This document shows, one piece after another, positions 1-13,019 of a DNA stretch of 64,000 nucleotides. The stretch's first letter is position 1. Each line of letters begins with the position of its first letter. Made by a program: the position numbers and the translations under genes. Origin of the DNA: Octopus vulgaris (lineage: Eukaryota); assembly GCA_951406725.2 (NCBI GenBank), contig OX597827.1, positions 22,940,001 through 23,004,000 of the forward strand. The letters run 5' to 3'. The notes beneath the pieces were generated by a model. That model did no database searches and was not told the DNA's origin. It saw only the letters and a program-made list of their open reading frames with translations.

Positions 1-83
1 TAGTAATGTATTGCAATAGGCCTCTAAAGATATTTCTAATCACTATTTCAATTTCCTTTTCCCTGTTTTCCTTTCTTACTGCC

Positions 84-478
84 ATCCACCCACCCATCCA
101 TCCCCCATCCCCCCATCCCTCCATCCATCCACCCATCCACCCAACCATCCATCCCTCCATCCACTTGCCCACAGATCCACCCATCCATCCATTCATCCAC
201 CCACCCACCCATCCACCCACCCATCCATCCACCCATCCATCCACTCGCCCACACATCCACCCATCCACCCATCCATTCATCCACCCACCCACCGATCCAT
301 CCCTCCCTCCATCCATCCACTCGCCCACACATCCACCCATCTATCTATCCATCCATCCATCCATCCACCCATCCATCCGCCCACCCATCCATCCATCCAC
401 CCAACTATCCACCCAACCATCCACCCATCCACCCATCCATCCACTCACCCAACCATCCACCCATCCACCCATCCATCA
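84..478. repeat. (CCAT/CCAC)n microsatellite
   Basis: Direct reading of the sequence. Confidence 0.95.
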
Positions 479-522
479 TTCTACTCTTTTTACTCACATC
501 TTCCCATTATACCCCTGGGTAG

Positions 523-661
523 ATTCCAACCTTCCCACATGGCTGCCATCATTGCCAAGAGGACTCTGCTGTTGCTCTCCTGGTGGCTTAACGATTATTA
601 CACGATCGACTTCAAAGTGAGAACCACCTTGAAACGGTTGGTGGAAGAGTTCATTATGAAG
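523..661 (+). CDS. KNDC1: KNDC1-like RasGEF gene, internal exon (REM/RasGEF-N region); the gene starts upstream of the window
   Basis: AG at 521-522 and AAG|GTGAGT at 661/662. Translates ...[24 protein letters not shown]..., a REM-type helix, and splices in phase 0 to the next exon. Confidence 0.8.
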
Positions 662-1395
662 GTGAGTCTGGCATTTATTATTAGTACTGCTGTTGTTGTT
701 GCTATCATTGCTGTTGTGCTTGTTGTTGTTGTTGTCGTGTTTGTTGTTGATTTTGTTTCTTTGCTTCAGTTCAGTCCAAATGGAACAGACTGATGATCAA
801 AGGTAGGTGTTCCAGCCTTGACCATCCCCCATCTCTTTAGAGTTATAGCTGTACTTACATAATTCAATTGATCCTTAAAATGGTCGTGTTGGTGTAGTTG
901 GCTGCTATTTCTAGTAAGTTGAGCGGCTGAAAAGAGAAGCTTTTTACATTATTATTCACACAACACTGCCTCTTTTTTTTAGCCAGCAGTGTTGTGTCAA
1001 ACACACACACACACAAACACACACATGCACAAACATATACGAAAGGCTTCTTTCAGTTTCCATCTATCCAAGCTGCTCACAAGGCCAAGGCACTTAACCA
1101 ATGTGATACGATTCTGGGTACTGAACCCAGGACCATGTGGTTGGGAAGCAAACTTCTTACCACACAGCCACGCCCAAGCCTGGGGGTGTAAAATGACAGC
1201 ATCCAAGCATGTTTGAGTCTTCATCTAGAGAGATACAAAATGGCTCGGTCATCCGCAAAACAAGGAAGTCAGCATCTCACTCCAAGAAGCATCTTTTAGA
1301 CCCAAACAAGAGTTGGTGTTGCCAAAGATTTACTCAGCTTTCGACTAATTTTGGTAAAACCTGAGACTGCAAGAACAGGGGACCAAACAGGGAGT

Positions 1396-1518
1396 TTGTT
1401 GCTGTTGTTGTTGTTGTTGTTGTTGTTGTTGCTGTTGTTGCTGTTGTTTATGATGTTTATAAAGTTGCTGCTGATGATGAATATGGTGGTGATGTTGAGG
1501 GTAAGAAGTGGATGGTGG

Positions 1519-1562
<44 letters not shown>

Positions 1563-1563
1563 G

Positions 1564-1595
<32 letters not shown>

Positions 1596-1714
1596 GGTGA
1601 TGATGATGATGATGATGATGATGGTGGTGGTGATGATGATGATGATGATTTTGATGAAAATGATGATGATGATGATGGGGATGATTTTGATGATGATGAT
1701 GATGATAGTGGTGG

Positions 1715-1752
<38 letters not shown>

Positions 1753-1765
1753 GTGATGGTGGTGG

Positions 1766-1799
<34 letters not shown>

Positions 1800-2004
1800 G
1801 GTGGTGGTGGTGGTGGTGGTGATGGTGATGATGATGATGATATGATGATGATAGTGATAGTGATGATGATGATGATGATGATGGTGGTGGTGATGATGAC
1901 GATGATGATGATGATGATGATGATATGATGATGATGGTGGTGGTGATGATGATATGATGATGATGGTGATGATGATGATGAGCATGATGGTGGTGGTGGT
2001 GATG

Positions 2005-2042
<38 letters not shown>

Positions 2043-2196
2043 GATGATGATAGTGGTGGTGGTGAGGATGATGATGATGATGATGGTGATGTTGATGATG
2101 ATGATTTTGATGATGATAATGATGATGATGATGATTTTGAAATGATGATGATGATGATGATGATCATCATCATCATCATAAGGATTACAAGAAATA

Positions 2197-2229
<33 letters not shown>

Positions 2230-2328
2230 GTGATGTTGATGATGATGATGATGGTGATGTTGATGATGATTTTGATGATGATAATGATGATGATAATGAT
2301 GATGATGATGATGATGATGATTTTGATA

Positions 2329-2361
<33 letters not shown>

Positions 2362-2449
2362 GTGATGTTGATGATGATGATGATGGTGATGTTGATGATG
2401 ATGATTTTGATGATGATGATGATGATGATAATGATGATAATGGTGATGA

Positions 2450-2484
<35 letters not shown>

Positions 2485-2585
2485 GTGATGTTGATGATGA
2501 TAATTTTGATGATGATGATGATGGTGATGTTGATGATGATACTTTTGATGTGGATGACAATGATGATGATGTTGATGATATATGA
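1396..2585. repeat. ~1.2 kb compound (GTT)n/(GAT)n/(GGT)n trinucleotide array in a KNDC1-like intron
   Basis: Direct reading. It is the source of the poly-D/M/I/S spurious ORFs. Confidence 0.95.
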
Positions 2586-2653
2586 CAAGTGTTTTTGTTT
2601 TGTTTTTTTCCCCCCGCTATTATCTCCCTCACCTCTCCCCCCTCCCCCTACAG

Positions 2654-2788
2654 CTACCAGTGGACGATGAGACAGCAGAAATGGTTAGGACTGCGTGGAC
2701 ATTCCACACTGCTGGACATCCAGAGGTGACAAGAAAGCTCATGGCTGAGGACAGCCTGGTCTCCCATGTCTTGTCCACAGGGAACAAG
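2654..2788 (+). CDS. KNDC1: KNDC1-like exon (LPVDDETAEM...STGNK)
   Basis: Pyrimidine tract + CAG acceptor, AAG|GTGAGT donor, 135 nt, phase 0/0, open frame. Confidence 0.8.
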
Positions 2789-3061
2789 GTGAGTTGGGTC
2801 ATTTTATTACGGTAAAACCAGACCATATTGTGGGAGAACTGGGTCATGTTAGGGGAAAATTGGCACACATTAGAGGGAAATGAATGGCTAACTCAAAAGT
2901 TTTCAAAATACCCAATGGATTAACAGTTAGTAGTGATGGTGGGGGTGGTACTGTTCATGTTGAAGTTACAAAAACAGAGAAATGGCATTCGAAAGACTTA
3001 AGAATTCTGTCTAAACTTGGTATTTCATGCTTGTATTCAAAACTGTCGTTGACTATATTAG

Positions 3062-3372
3062 GTACATTATTTACATTATTTACATTTGACGGATATTTGT
3101 CCTCATCTTGTTTGCTGCTAACACAACATTTTGGCTGATATACCCTCCAGCCTTCATCAGGTATCTTGGGGAAATTTCGAACCTGGGTTCTCATTCCTAA
3201 GATATTTTTCGATGTTATTATTATTATTATTATTATTCAGGTGACTGCCTGGAATCGAACTTGGAATCTTGGGGATAGTAGCCCTCGCTCTTAACTACTA
3301 CGCCATATGCCTGTCAAAATGTAAATAATGTAAATAATGTACATAATTCCTCATCTCTTAAATATAGAACTG
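3062..3372 (-). mobile_element. tRNA-headed SINE with hammerhead-like core and inverted duplicated tail
   Basis: The reverse complement aligns with 58928-59360 (A/B boxes, TAA tract, CTGATGA core). Confidence 0.75.
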
Positions 3373-4439
3373 TCTTTAACTATTCCTGGAAGAAATTCAC
3401 CACAACAATATACCCCACCCACCTTCTATCCCTTAAATTCTTTGCAAACTTCCAAGTTGCTTCCTTTATTTAGTTTTCAAAGAAGTACTTGCAGAGTTAC
3501 AGACACAGGACTGGCTGTGTGGTTAAGAAGCTTGCTTCCAAGCCACATGGTTCTGGGTTCAGTCTCACTACATGGCACCTTGGGCCCATGAAGTTTACTC
3601 TGGGTACAGCAGTGTATAGAATTCCTACATCCTCCATAATAATGCGAAAGTTGGTTGGATCTTTAGATTCAATAATATTTATCTCTCACCGGATGCAGTA
3701 CTCTTTTTCTTGAACTTTCTATCATGGATCCATACATTATCTCCCTCCTAACATTGGCTTTTCACCTCAAATTCATAACTGCCACATGATTGGTGTAATT
3801 GCTTGTTAAGTTCAATGAATCTAAAGATTCAACCAAGTTTCACATTATTATGGATTAGTGGCGCTTTAATACATGTATGGTGACCTTTAAATAAATAATA
3901 TTTATCTCTCACCAGACAGAGTACTTTTTAGGGTGAAAACACACCAACATCGGTCGTCAAGCGATGGCGTGGGGACAAACACAGACACACACAAATACAT
4001 ACACACACACACATACACACACACATACACACACACATACACACACATATATATATATATGATGGGCTTCTTTCAGTTTCCATCTACCAAATCCACTCAC
4101 AAGGACTTGGACAGCCTGAGGCTGTAGTAAAAGACACTTGCCCAAGGTGCCACACAGTAGGACTGAACCCAGAACCATGTGGTTGGTAAGCAAGCTACTT
4201 ACCACACAGCCACACCTCTGCCTATACATATATTCTTCAAAAGAAGATTAATCTTAATTAACCAGCTAATAATTAGAAATAGGTAACTCACACTACCACA
4301 AATCAGAGCCTTTTAGTTGACTATAAAGGTATATATGGTGGGTGGGGTATGCATGTATCCACACACACACACACACACACATATATGTGTGTGTGTGTGT
4401 GTGTGTGTTTAATGGTTTTTGTGATAACATATATTTTAG

Positions 4440-4640
4440 ACGAAGCGTATGTCCTGTTCCGACCATGATGTCCACCAGATCGAATACCTGTTGGCTTCCA
4501 ACATGATAAGGGAGAGAGCAGGGAGCTGTTTAACAATTCCTAGCAAAACTGCTGAAGAACCTGTGGAAGATTCCGGAACATTTTGTCTCAAGGATTTCAC
4601 GGCTGAAGAACTGGCGGAACAACTCACTCTTATGGAACAG
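4440..4640 (+). CDS. KNDC1: KNDC1-like exon, start of the CDC25/RasGEF domain
   Basis: TTTTAG acceptor and CAG|GT donor, 201 nt. Ends in FTAEELAEQLTLMEQ, the typical RasGEF first helix. Confidence 0.88.
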
Positions 4641-4674
4641 GTCTTTAGTTTTATATCTTCCCTCTTTTCAGGAC

Positions 4675-4729
<55 letters not shown>

Positions 4730-4799
4730 ATGTATGTGTGTGTTTATGTATGTGTGTGTGTGTGTGCATGTAGGTGTGTGCCTACAAATGTGTATGCAG

Positions 4800-4830
<31 letters not shown>

Positions 4831-5028
4831 TGTGTGTGTGTATGTATTTATGTGTGTGTAGGTGTTTGTGTGTGTGTGTGTATGAGAGAGAGTGTGTTTG
4901 TGCGTGTGTGTGCATGTATTTATATGTGTGTGAGTGTGTGTGTACGTGTGTGCATGTGTTTATGAATGTGCTTGTGTGTGTGCATGTATGTGTGTGCCTA
5001 CAAATGTGTGTGTGCAGGTGTTTGCGTG

Positions 5029-5097
<69 letters not shown>

Positions 5098-5287
5098 ATA
5101 CATGTGCTTGCATACATGCATGTGTGCATGTGTGAGGGAGTTTTGACATGTGGAAACATTGGTGGAATGTTATCTACTTGCAATTATTGCTGTTACTGTT
5201 GCTGAACTACAGGTCGTCCCTCACAAAAGGCAATCCAACTGTGACCCACATGTCACATTTCCAAATTGTTGGCATGATTTGATTGAA

Positions 5288-5500
5288 GTCAGCGAGCTGG
5301 CAGAAACGTTAGCACGCCAGGTGAAATGCTTAGCAGTATTTTGTCTGCCTTTACATTCTGAGTTCAAATTCCGCTGAGGTTGACTTTGCCTTTCATCCTT
5401 TTGGGGTCGATAAATTAAGTACCAGTTGTATACTGGGGTCGATCTAATTGACTGGCCCCCTACCCAAAAATTTTGGGCCTTGTGCCTAGAGTAGAAAAGA
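5288..5500 (+). mobile_element. tRNA-derived SINE with Meta-like central domain. Other copies at about 14485-14820+, 24980-25150+, 25825-26040-, 40245-40465-, 40605-40825-, 51295-51510-, 60110-60225+, 63575-63760+
   Basis: Recurrent GAGCTGGCAGAAACGTTAG...GAGTTCAAATTCC...GACTTTGCCTTTCATCCTTTxGGGGTCGATAAA...GTACCAG. The Meta-domain assignment is from memory. Confidence 0.8.
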
Positions 5501-6009
5501 TTTTAAGGAAATTGGGTTGCTACTTCAAGCTATTCTATCAGCTGGCTCCCTTCAGCTCATTGTTGCTGAGTTTCCACATTGTGTATATTGAAAGATATAA
5601 AGTGTCCAGACTTAGAATTTCCAGGTATAAAGTGTCCAAAAATAAATGACCAGATTAGGGAATCCAGACTAAGAGTCCCCAGATGTAAAATGACTAGATA
5701 TAAGGTATCTCGGTATAAGATGACCAGATGTGACGTGACTGGTCATAAAGTGCCCAGGCATTAAATATCCAAGCAAAATTTTCTGACATCAAATTTTTGA
5801 TTGAAGTAATTGTTTTGTTTTCTCCTTGGTCTAGTTGTGTTGTAAACCTTGATTTAGCTTCAAACCTAAGTTAAAGCCCACACATGACCACCACTACCAA
5901 CTGGACAAAGAAACCTTTTCAGTCTTAATATATTCAATATATGCTGCTCCTATTAGAAATATATAAAAGTCCTGTTATGTGTTGACCTCAGATATTATCC
6001 TTATCTTTT

Positions 6010-6074
<65 letters not shown>

Positions 6075-6384
6075 GTAGCCTAGTTGTGATGTGCCTTCAC
6101 CACTCAGGTATTTCCACTTCTCTTCACCTCTATCATGACCTTTTCTCTTGGTTCAGCATTAGCTATTATATCAGTCTTAGATAACTTCCTCTCCCTACTC
6201 CCACCCCTATGTTTTTCCTCTCATTGTTTGAGAATTGGTGAAGGCTTTGAGTGCAGTCCTTCCCTCCAGAGCAAACCAATTACCCTCATCCCACCACCCA
6301 AACAGACAAAAAACAGGAAGGATATTTATTTCTTTACTCGCTTTACTAATTTTAATTAATTTGCTTTTCTCTTTGATTTTCCAG

Positions 6385-6488
6385 AATTTATTCCAAAACG
6401 TACATCCTGTGCACTTTCTGAATTCAAAATACAATGGTTTCACCCCTTCTCTTTCAATTCCAGGATGGAGTAGCACTCGATCAATTCG
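6385..6488 (+). CDS. KNDC1: KNDC1-like exon (NLFQNVHPVHFLNSK...)
   Basis: TTTTCCAG acceptor and CG|GTAAAT donor. The HPVHFLNS motif matches my recollection of vertebrate KNDC1 (ELFQKCHPVHFLNSR). Confidence 0.9.
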
Positions 6489-6525
6489 GTAAATTGACAA
6501 CAATTTTATTCTATGGTTAGTTCTT

Positions 6526-7326
6526 CAGGGCATTCAGGCTAAATTTGCCAATTTTTTATATCACATTTTTCAGGAACATCTTAAGGTGAACAGTCAACAG
6601 CGTTGGAGAGCATGAAGATTAAATTTGTAGTTGAGGAAAAGTTGGCTGACACAGAAGATTGAAAGCTGCCTGAATATTGGAAAAGAGTTCCTTGTATCAT
6701 GATTCAAGCCAGATATCAAAATGCTGACATCATAGCATGGAAAGCTGCAATGGAGACTACAAAACCATGGCCAGCAGGAAGGGACACAGCAGATGTTCCC
6801 ACTATATCTGCATGCCAGAATCCATCCCCACATCTTTGACTGAGCCTTCGGTTCAATTTAGATGGCTAAGTGAACTGCTGGAGACTGGGGGTTGCCGCTG
6901 GAAGGCCATCTGTGTGGCAGCAGGTTTTGGTTCCTTGGTTTCCCTTCAGAAAGAGTTAAAAGTGGCTGTCGGAGAATTTCTACAACTTCACCTGCCCCAG
7001 TTTCTGGACTCCTAATTGACCCCAACTGTAATCCAATGGATTAATATGTGGGGCACAGCTGAGAAAAATGCCATCTGCCCTGCCTGCAACACCAAGGCCA
7101 AGCTGGTGGCCAAAGTCAAGGAGTGAGGACACAGTAAGGAATGCATGTGCCTGATTCTGGAACCAGGGTGGAAGCTGAGGGTGGCTACATTGAGTAAACT
7201 GTTATCTCTCAGCCATAATCTAGTTTTGAGGTTTTTTGGGTGTTTTTAAATAGTTTTATTTTTGGATGGAATATTGTACTTTCTTTCCCCTTTATGCAAA
7301 CTGCCAAATATAACCCAAACACCCTG
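6526..7326 (+). mobile_element. Decayed Tc1/mariner-superfamily transposon
   Basis: Imperfect TIRs (CAGGGCATTCAGGCTAAATTTGCCA / TGCCAAATATAACCCAAACACCCTG). Disrupted FWxPNxPxxNPMDxxVWG motif near 7000-7055. Confidence 0.7.
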
Positions 7327-7336
7327 TGCGTGTGTG

Positions 7337-7407
<71 letters not shown>

Positions 7408-7705
7408 CAAAATGGGACAAGAATGCAAAACATCCGGACAACTAGGTGATACAAAATGGGACAACAAAACATCCAGATAGACGATACCAAAAAACAAGGA
7501 TGGGTCATTCGAAGCTTTCTATCTTCAGTCAAGAACCGGATCATCCTTGCAATTTCAGCTGATTAATATTGAGATTGCTCCAATCTGGCCAGCTCCAAGG
7601 ACAAACTAAGCTAAGTGCATTGGATTGCTTGGAAGAAAGCATCGAATGTATACGGAAACAAGGACGGAAAACAGACGATGTTACATAAATATAAATACAA
7701 AATAC

Positions 7706-7748
<43 letters not shown>

Positions 7749-8406
7749 GGACATAAAAACAGATGTCTTTCGACTGGGGACGAATTGAATTCAGCTGATA
7801 TATATATATATCTGGTTTGTTGTGAATTTATGGAAAGGAATCCCATAAAACTCAACAATTTTGTTAAAAATGGAGAAGAGATGTCAAAATACATAAGAGA
7901 ATTTAAAATTTTCTTATGTATTTTAACACCTTTTCTTCTCCATTTTTAACAAAATTGTTGAGTTTTATGAAAACTTTTGATCAGCAAACAAACAAATTGA
8001 CCAACATCGGTTAATACAAAACTTAATGTTGCTTACAGCTGTTTCAGCTACCAATGGCAGTCGGTGCCTATAAAGAAAATTCTAAAAATAATATTCATCA
8101 TCTTTATAGCACATTTGATCTAATACATGTATATATATATATATGTATTTAATGTTGTTATTGGTTATGGCTGGTCAGAAAGTTACCATTGGTTTCATAC
8201 CTGTTATGTTCTTAGCAATTTTGTGAGCTGAGTTTGCCATTAGCAAGTGAATGAAGGAAAGCCAGTAAATTGACAACTGAGACAAAGTGTGTTCTTTGTG
8301 ATGTCTACTCATAACTCTGTGTCCAATGAGACCAATAACAAATAAGTAACGTCCTAATTGTTAACCAATCAGTTTATTGAATTTTTGTAAAAAGCTTGAC
8401 CATTAA

Positions 8407-8656
8407 CCCTTAAACAGCAGGCATTGTCAATTGACGTTTCATAAATTTTACATGGATATGGTTATTGTCAAAGGGAAGTGAATATTTTATGGTGCTTTTT
8501 GAAAACATGATTGCAAATTTTATTGCGAAAGAGACCAACAACCACAATAGTTTTTGTTCTTATTTAAAATGAAAATAAGTATAAAAATTCTTTTTTTTTT
8601 GTCTTTTTGCCCTTTTGGCACAGATGTTTTTGCAACCATTTCTTGCCATTAAAGGG
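8407..8656. mobile_element. piggyBac-type MITE (CCCT...AGGG, TTAA/TTAG flanks)
   Basis: Termini and target tetranucleotide. Confidence 0.55.
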
Positions 8657-8690
8657 TTAGTAATGCCAACCTCCAATTCTCTGTTTCTAG

Positions 8691-8829
8691 AACAAAGAGA
8701 GATTCTGCCAGCAGCCTGTTTGTCCAGGACAGCAATCCAAGTTGTTCAGTTATAGAAATTCAAGTGAAACATTCTCATGAAATTGCACATTGGGTCGGAG
8801 CAGAACTTATTTTGGCCCCTTCTACAAAA
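8691..8829 (+). CDS. KNDC1: KNDC1-like exon (...SLFVQD...HEIAHWVGAELILAPSTK)
   Basis: TTTCTAG acceptor with phase 2 start matching the previous exon. AAA|GTAAGG donor. RasGEF WVxxEI-type motif. Confidence 0.9.
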
Positions 8830-10543
8830 GTAAGGATTTTAGTTTGGTTTGCTTGTAACAATCAGACTGACATCTGTGTGATGAAACACACGTGCACGCA
8901 CAAACACACACATACATACACATACACATACTCACTCATGCACATGCACACATACATACATGCACACACACACACATGCTCACTCATGCACATACACAGA
9001 CAGACATACACACAGGCACATACACATACATGCTCACGCGCACACACACACACACACACACACAGACATACACACATTCATGCACATACACACACACATA
9101 CATGCTCACTCACACACACTCACACACACAGACATACACACACGCATGCACATACACACACACATACATGTTCACTCACTCATACACACACACACACACG
9201 CATACATGTTCATTCATGCACACACTCACACACAGACACACACATGCATGCACACACACACACACACATACATGCTCACTCATACAAACACACACTCACA
9301 CACACCATTATTTATAGATGCTAAAGTATTTACATAGAGTTATGTCCCTTCCATCATTAATTAACTTACTACACTATTTATGTAACAACTTAATTAATAA
9401 ATGAATAATTAGAACATAAAATGAGCCAACAAAAGAGTGTCCTCTTTCAACCTGCTAGAAATAGCAGCTAAAAATAGGCCAAAGGTGTCATAGAATTGCT
9501 TGAACTAGATTGCCACTCACTCACTTTCTATTTAAAGTAATTGAATGCTATATTTGGCATTGGTACGTGACTAGTTTTCTAAGTATTGTGTATATCAGTA
9601 ATATTGTGTGTTAGTAATCTGTTCTTACAAAATGAGATAGCACACACACATAATAGACACATTGTAGATGGCAACCGAGGAGCAAATATTCCATGAGTTC
9701 CAATAAAGTTCTCCTGGATATACTTCACAAATCTTGAATGATGTGTTGTAAGGAAGTTAAAATCTTATGGAGTCTTCTATGTTTCATACTTAATCTACCA
9801 TGTCTTTCAACAGTGTGTATATATTGAATATGATACATAGATGTCTATTTTAATTTCATGCTGTTTCAATTACAAACGCCAAATATTTTTACGCATTCTT
9901 TAAAACATGAGGTAATATGTCTTCTAAGAAACTAATTCTCAGAAATGTTCTAAGAAACTGTTACCAAATGTTTTCTGCAAATTCAAACTCAAATATTTTC
10001 TACAAAGATTTTAATCCACATTTTCTTAGAAATTGAAATTCTAAAATGTTCTAAAGAATTGGTATTACATATATCCTCTACTGTGCAATCTAAGAAATTG
10101 GAATGCCATATTTCCAGAAGAATTATTAATCTAAACATTCTAAAAAGCCATTATTGCATGAAAATAATATTCAGTGGGTTCCATAAAATTCCTACTATCT
10201 GCATAATAAAGAACGTGGACACAACATTTTCTATGTATTGATATTCCATGTGTTCTATACAAATGGTATTCCGTGAAAGAATTAGAATATCTTTGGACTG
10301 AAAAACCTGTTTCAAATAAATGCAATAGGCTGCACTCCACTCAAGATAACCAAGAATATGGCGCTGGATCTCTGGTTATCACCTGATGTTTAATTCCTGA
10401 ATGAATAGATTGTTTGAAATTGGAATTGAATTGAGGAGAATATTTTCTAATCTAAGAGCAATACCGTTCTTGCAACATAAGAAGCATTCCATTTAATGGT
10501 AGGCCACTGATGCATGTTCACATCAAACCATTTCTTTTGTCAG

Positions 10544-10726
10544 GTACAAGTCACAATATTGGAGAAATTCCTGATGATTGCCAAGATATGTCTTGATCTG
10601 CAGAATTTTGCAACCAGCACTGCCATTTTGGATGGTTTGCAGAATGCACTGATCAGACAACTTCCCATGTGGAAAGAACTGAGTCCAAAAGTTATGGCAA
10701 ACTTCACATCTCTGCTGCTCATGAAG
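10544..10726 (+). CDS. KNDC1: KNDC1-like exon (VQVTILEKFLMIAKICLDLQNFATSTAILDGLQNALIRQLPMW...)
   Basis: Canonical RasGEF core (KFxxIAxxCxxxxNFxxxxAIxxGL...RxxxxW). CAG acceptor, AAG|GTAAGG donor, 183 nt. Confidence 0.93.
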
Positions 10727-10898
10727 GTAAGGAAATTTGGTTTGGTAGCTTCGTCTCTTCGGGAATATTCTTGTTGTCAGATCTTTTTGCTGTTGCTGTG
10801 TGTGTTTATTGAGACAGCATGTTGTTTTTTTTCCCTTTTCCTGGTAAATTTCATCTTAGTTTCAGTGATGCTATCTTCTTCTTCTTCTTCTTCTTCTT

Positions 10899-11005
<107 letters not shown>

Positions 11006-11534
11006 GCTATTATTATATCCTCCTCCTCCTCCTTCTTCTCCTCCTTCTTCTCCTCTTCCTCTCCTCCTCCTCCTCCTCCTCCCCTCCTCCTCCTCCCCTC
11101 CTCCTTCTTCTCCTCCCCCTCCTTCTTTATCTTCTTCTTCTTCTTCTTCTTCTTCTTCTTCTTCTTCTTCTTCTTCTTCTTCTTCTTCTTCTTCTTCTTT
11201 TGTCAAACATTTGTAACCTCTTCAGCAATACTTTCTGTCCTTGTGTATGCTTCTGTTCCACTTAGAGAATGGACTAAGCGAAGCAAGAGCACACACAAGG
11301 ACAGAAAGTGTTGCTGAAGAGGTCACAGATGTGTGACAAAAGATTCCCAGACAATGGACATGAATTAGAATAAGAACAGTAATAAATGAATGAAGAAAAA
11401 ATATATACTGCGTGTGTTTATTTGGCAAAAAAAAAAAATACAAAAAATGACCAAAATACAATAATTATTATTATAATTATTTGAAAATTATTATAATTAT
11501 TTGAAAAAGAAGTAAACTACTTTTGCTTTTCCAG

Positions 11535-11695
11535 ACTCCTGGTGCATGCTCTGTGGCATCAAGTGATAAGAATATGATGGAAATATCATGCCAACCACAG
11601 ATTCCTGCCATTTTACCATTCTTGCTGAATGTCCAGCAGAGTGAGATTGGGAGTTTCACACTGACCAACGGAATGTACAAATGGGCCAAAATGAG
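11535..11695 (+). CDS. KNDC1: KNDC1-like exon (...QPQIPAILPFLLNVQQSEIGSFTLTNGMYKWAKM)
   Basis: TTTTCCAG acceptor and AG|GTGAGA donor. Resembles KNDC1 IQQLETGGFTMTNGAHRWSKL as recalled. Not present in the supplied ORF track. Confidence 0.9.
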
Positions 11696-11847
11696 GTGAG
11701 ATTCTCTATCTGGAATGAAACAATTAAAAGACAAAAGATAAAAGACATTTCTAGACTAACGTAGAGTATGAGAACATGGAAGCAGGAATAAATGATCACA
11801 GGTCATCGTCTTAGATTATGTATGAGTGTTTATATTCACCCAATGTT

Positions 11848-11952
<105 letters not shown>

Positions 11953-12181
11953 TGTGTGTGTCTATACATCTTACATCTGATTATCCCCACATCCTGAATC
12001 ACATCCTTTGTCCCAATTTTTTCTATTCTCCTGACTAATGTTTGAAGTCAACATGATATCAGCATCTTCATTCCATCCTGATTGGCTGAAAAAATAGGTT
12101 ACTGTTTCATTTGAAAACTTAAGAGTTTCTGCCTAATATCCTCAACTAACCACATTATACATACATACATACATACATACA

Positions 12182-12257
<76 letters not shown>

Positions 12258-12511
12258 TATTTATATAGAAGATCCAATGAAGCTTTAGGGGGATATATAA
12301 GCATTCAGCTATAAGTGTATTGAATCTTGTAGCAAAAACGCCTGTAAGTTAATGAAGCACTTGACTTTATTCCTTATTCCTTTATCATTCTAATTTCTTA
12401 TTGTTCTCTACTCAAGTGACACTTTGTTCTGAAGCATATGTACACTGAGTTCTAACACCAGGATATTACTATCGCTATACCTAAGCGAAATGATAATTTA
12501 TATATTATGTA

Positions 12512-12596
<85 letters not shown>

Positions 12597-12603
12597 ATGA
12601 ATG

Positions 12604-12648
<45 letters not shown>

Positions 12649-13019
12649 TTGATGTCATAGGAATTTATAAACTTTGGAAGGCTGGGAAATAATTCTTCTT
12701 TGGAACAGTGAATCTCAAAACAGATAAAGCTATAAATAATAGGGTGTAAATATTAGGTTAAAAACACTTTTGGATAGAAAATGTCAAAGGCAGCCTGTGG
12801 GATTTGAAGTCATATCTTCTGTAAACACGACTGACATTCTACCGTTGAACTAAAGCAGTCCTTCAAATTTCTTTATCCATTTGTCATTTCAGTTGAATGG
12901 AGGATCATACCAGATAATCTTTTATCTTTTACTTGTTTCAGTCATTAGACTGTGACCAAGCTGGAGCACTGCCTTACTTTCTCTAGCTCTCTTATAGTTG
13001 GGGTGTCCTTCATTGATAT

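Noticed and set aside
1225-1390. Extra KNDC1-like exon
   Set aside because: No convincing acceptor/donor pair, and the flanking exons already join in phase 0.
1296-2670. Long poly-I/S/D/M ORFs
   Set aside because: Translations of (GAT)n/(GGT)n microsatellite inside an intron. The same applies to the HT/CV/RE-rich ORFs elsewhere.
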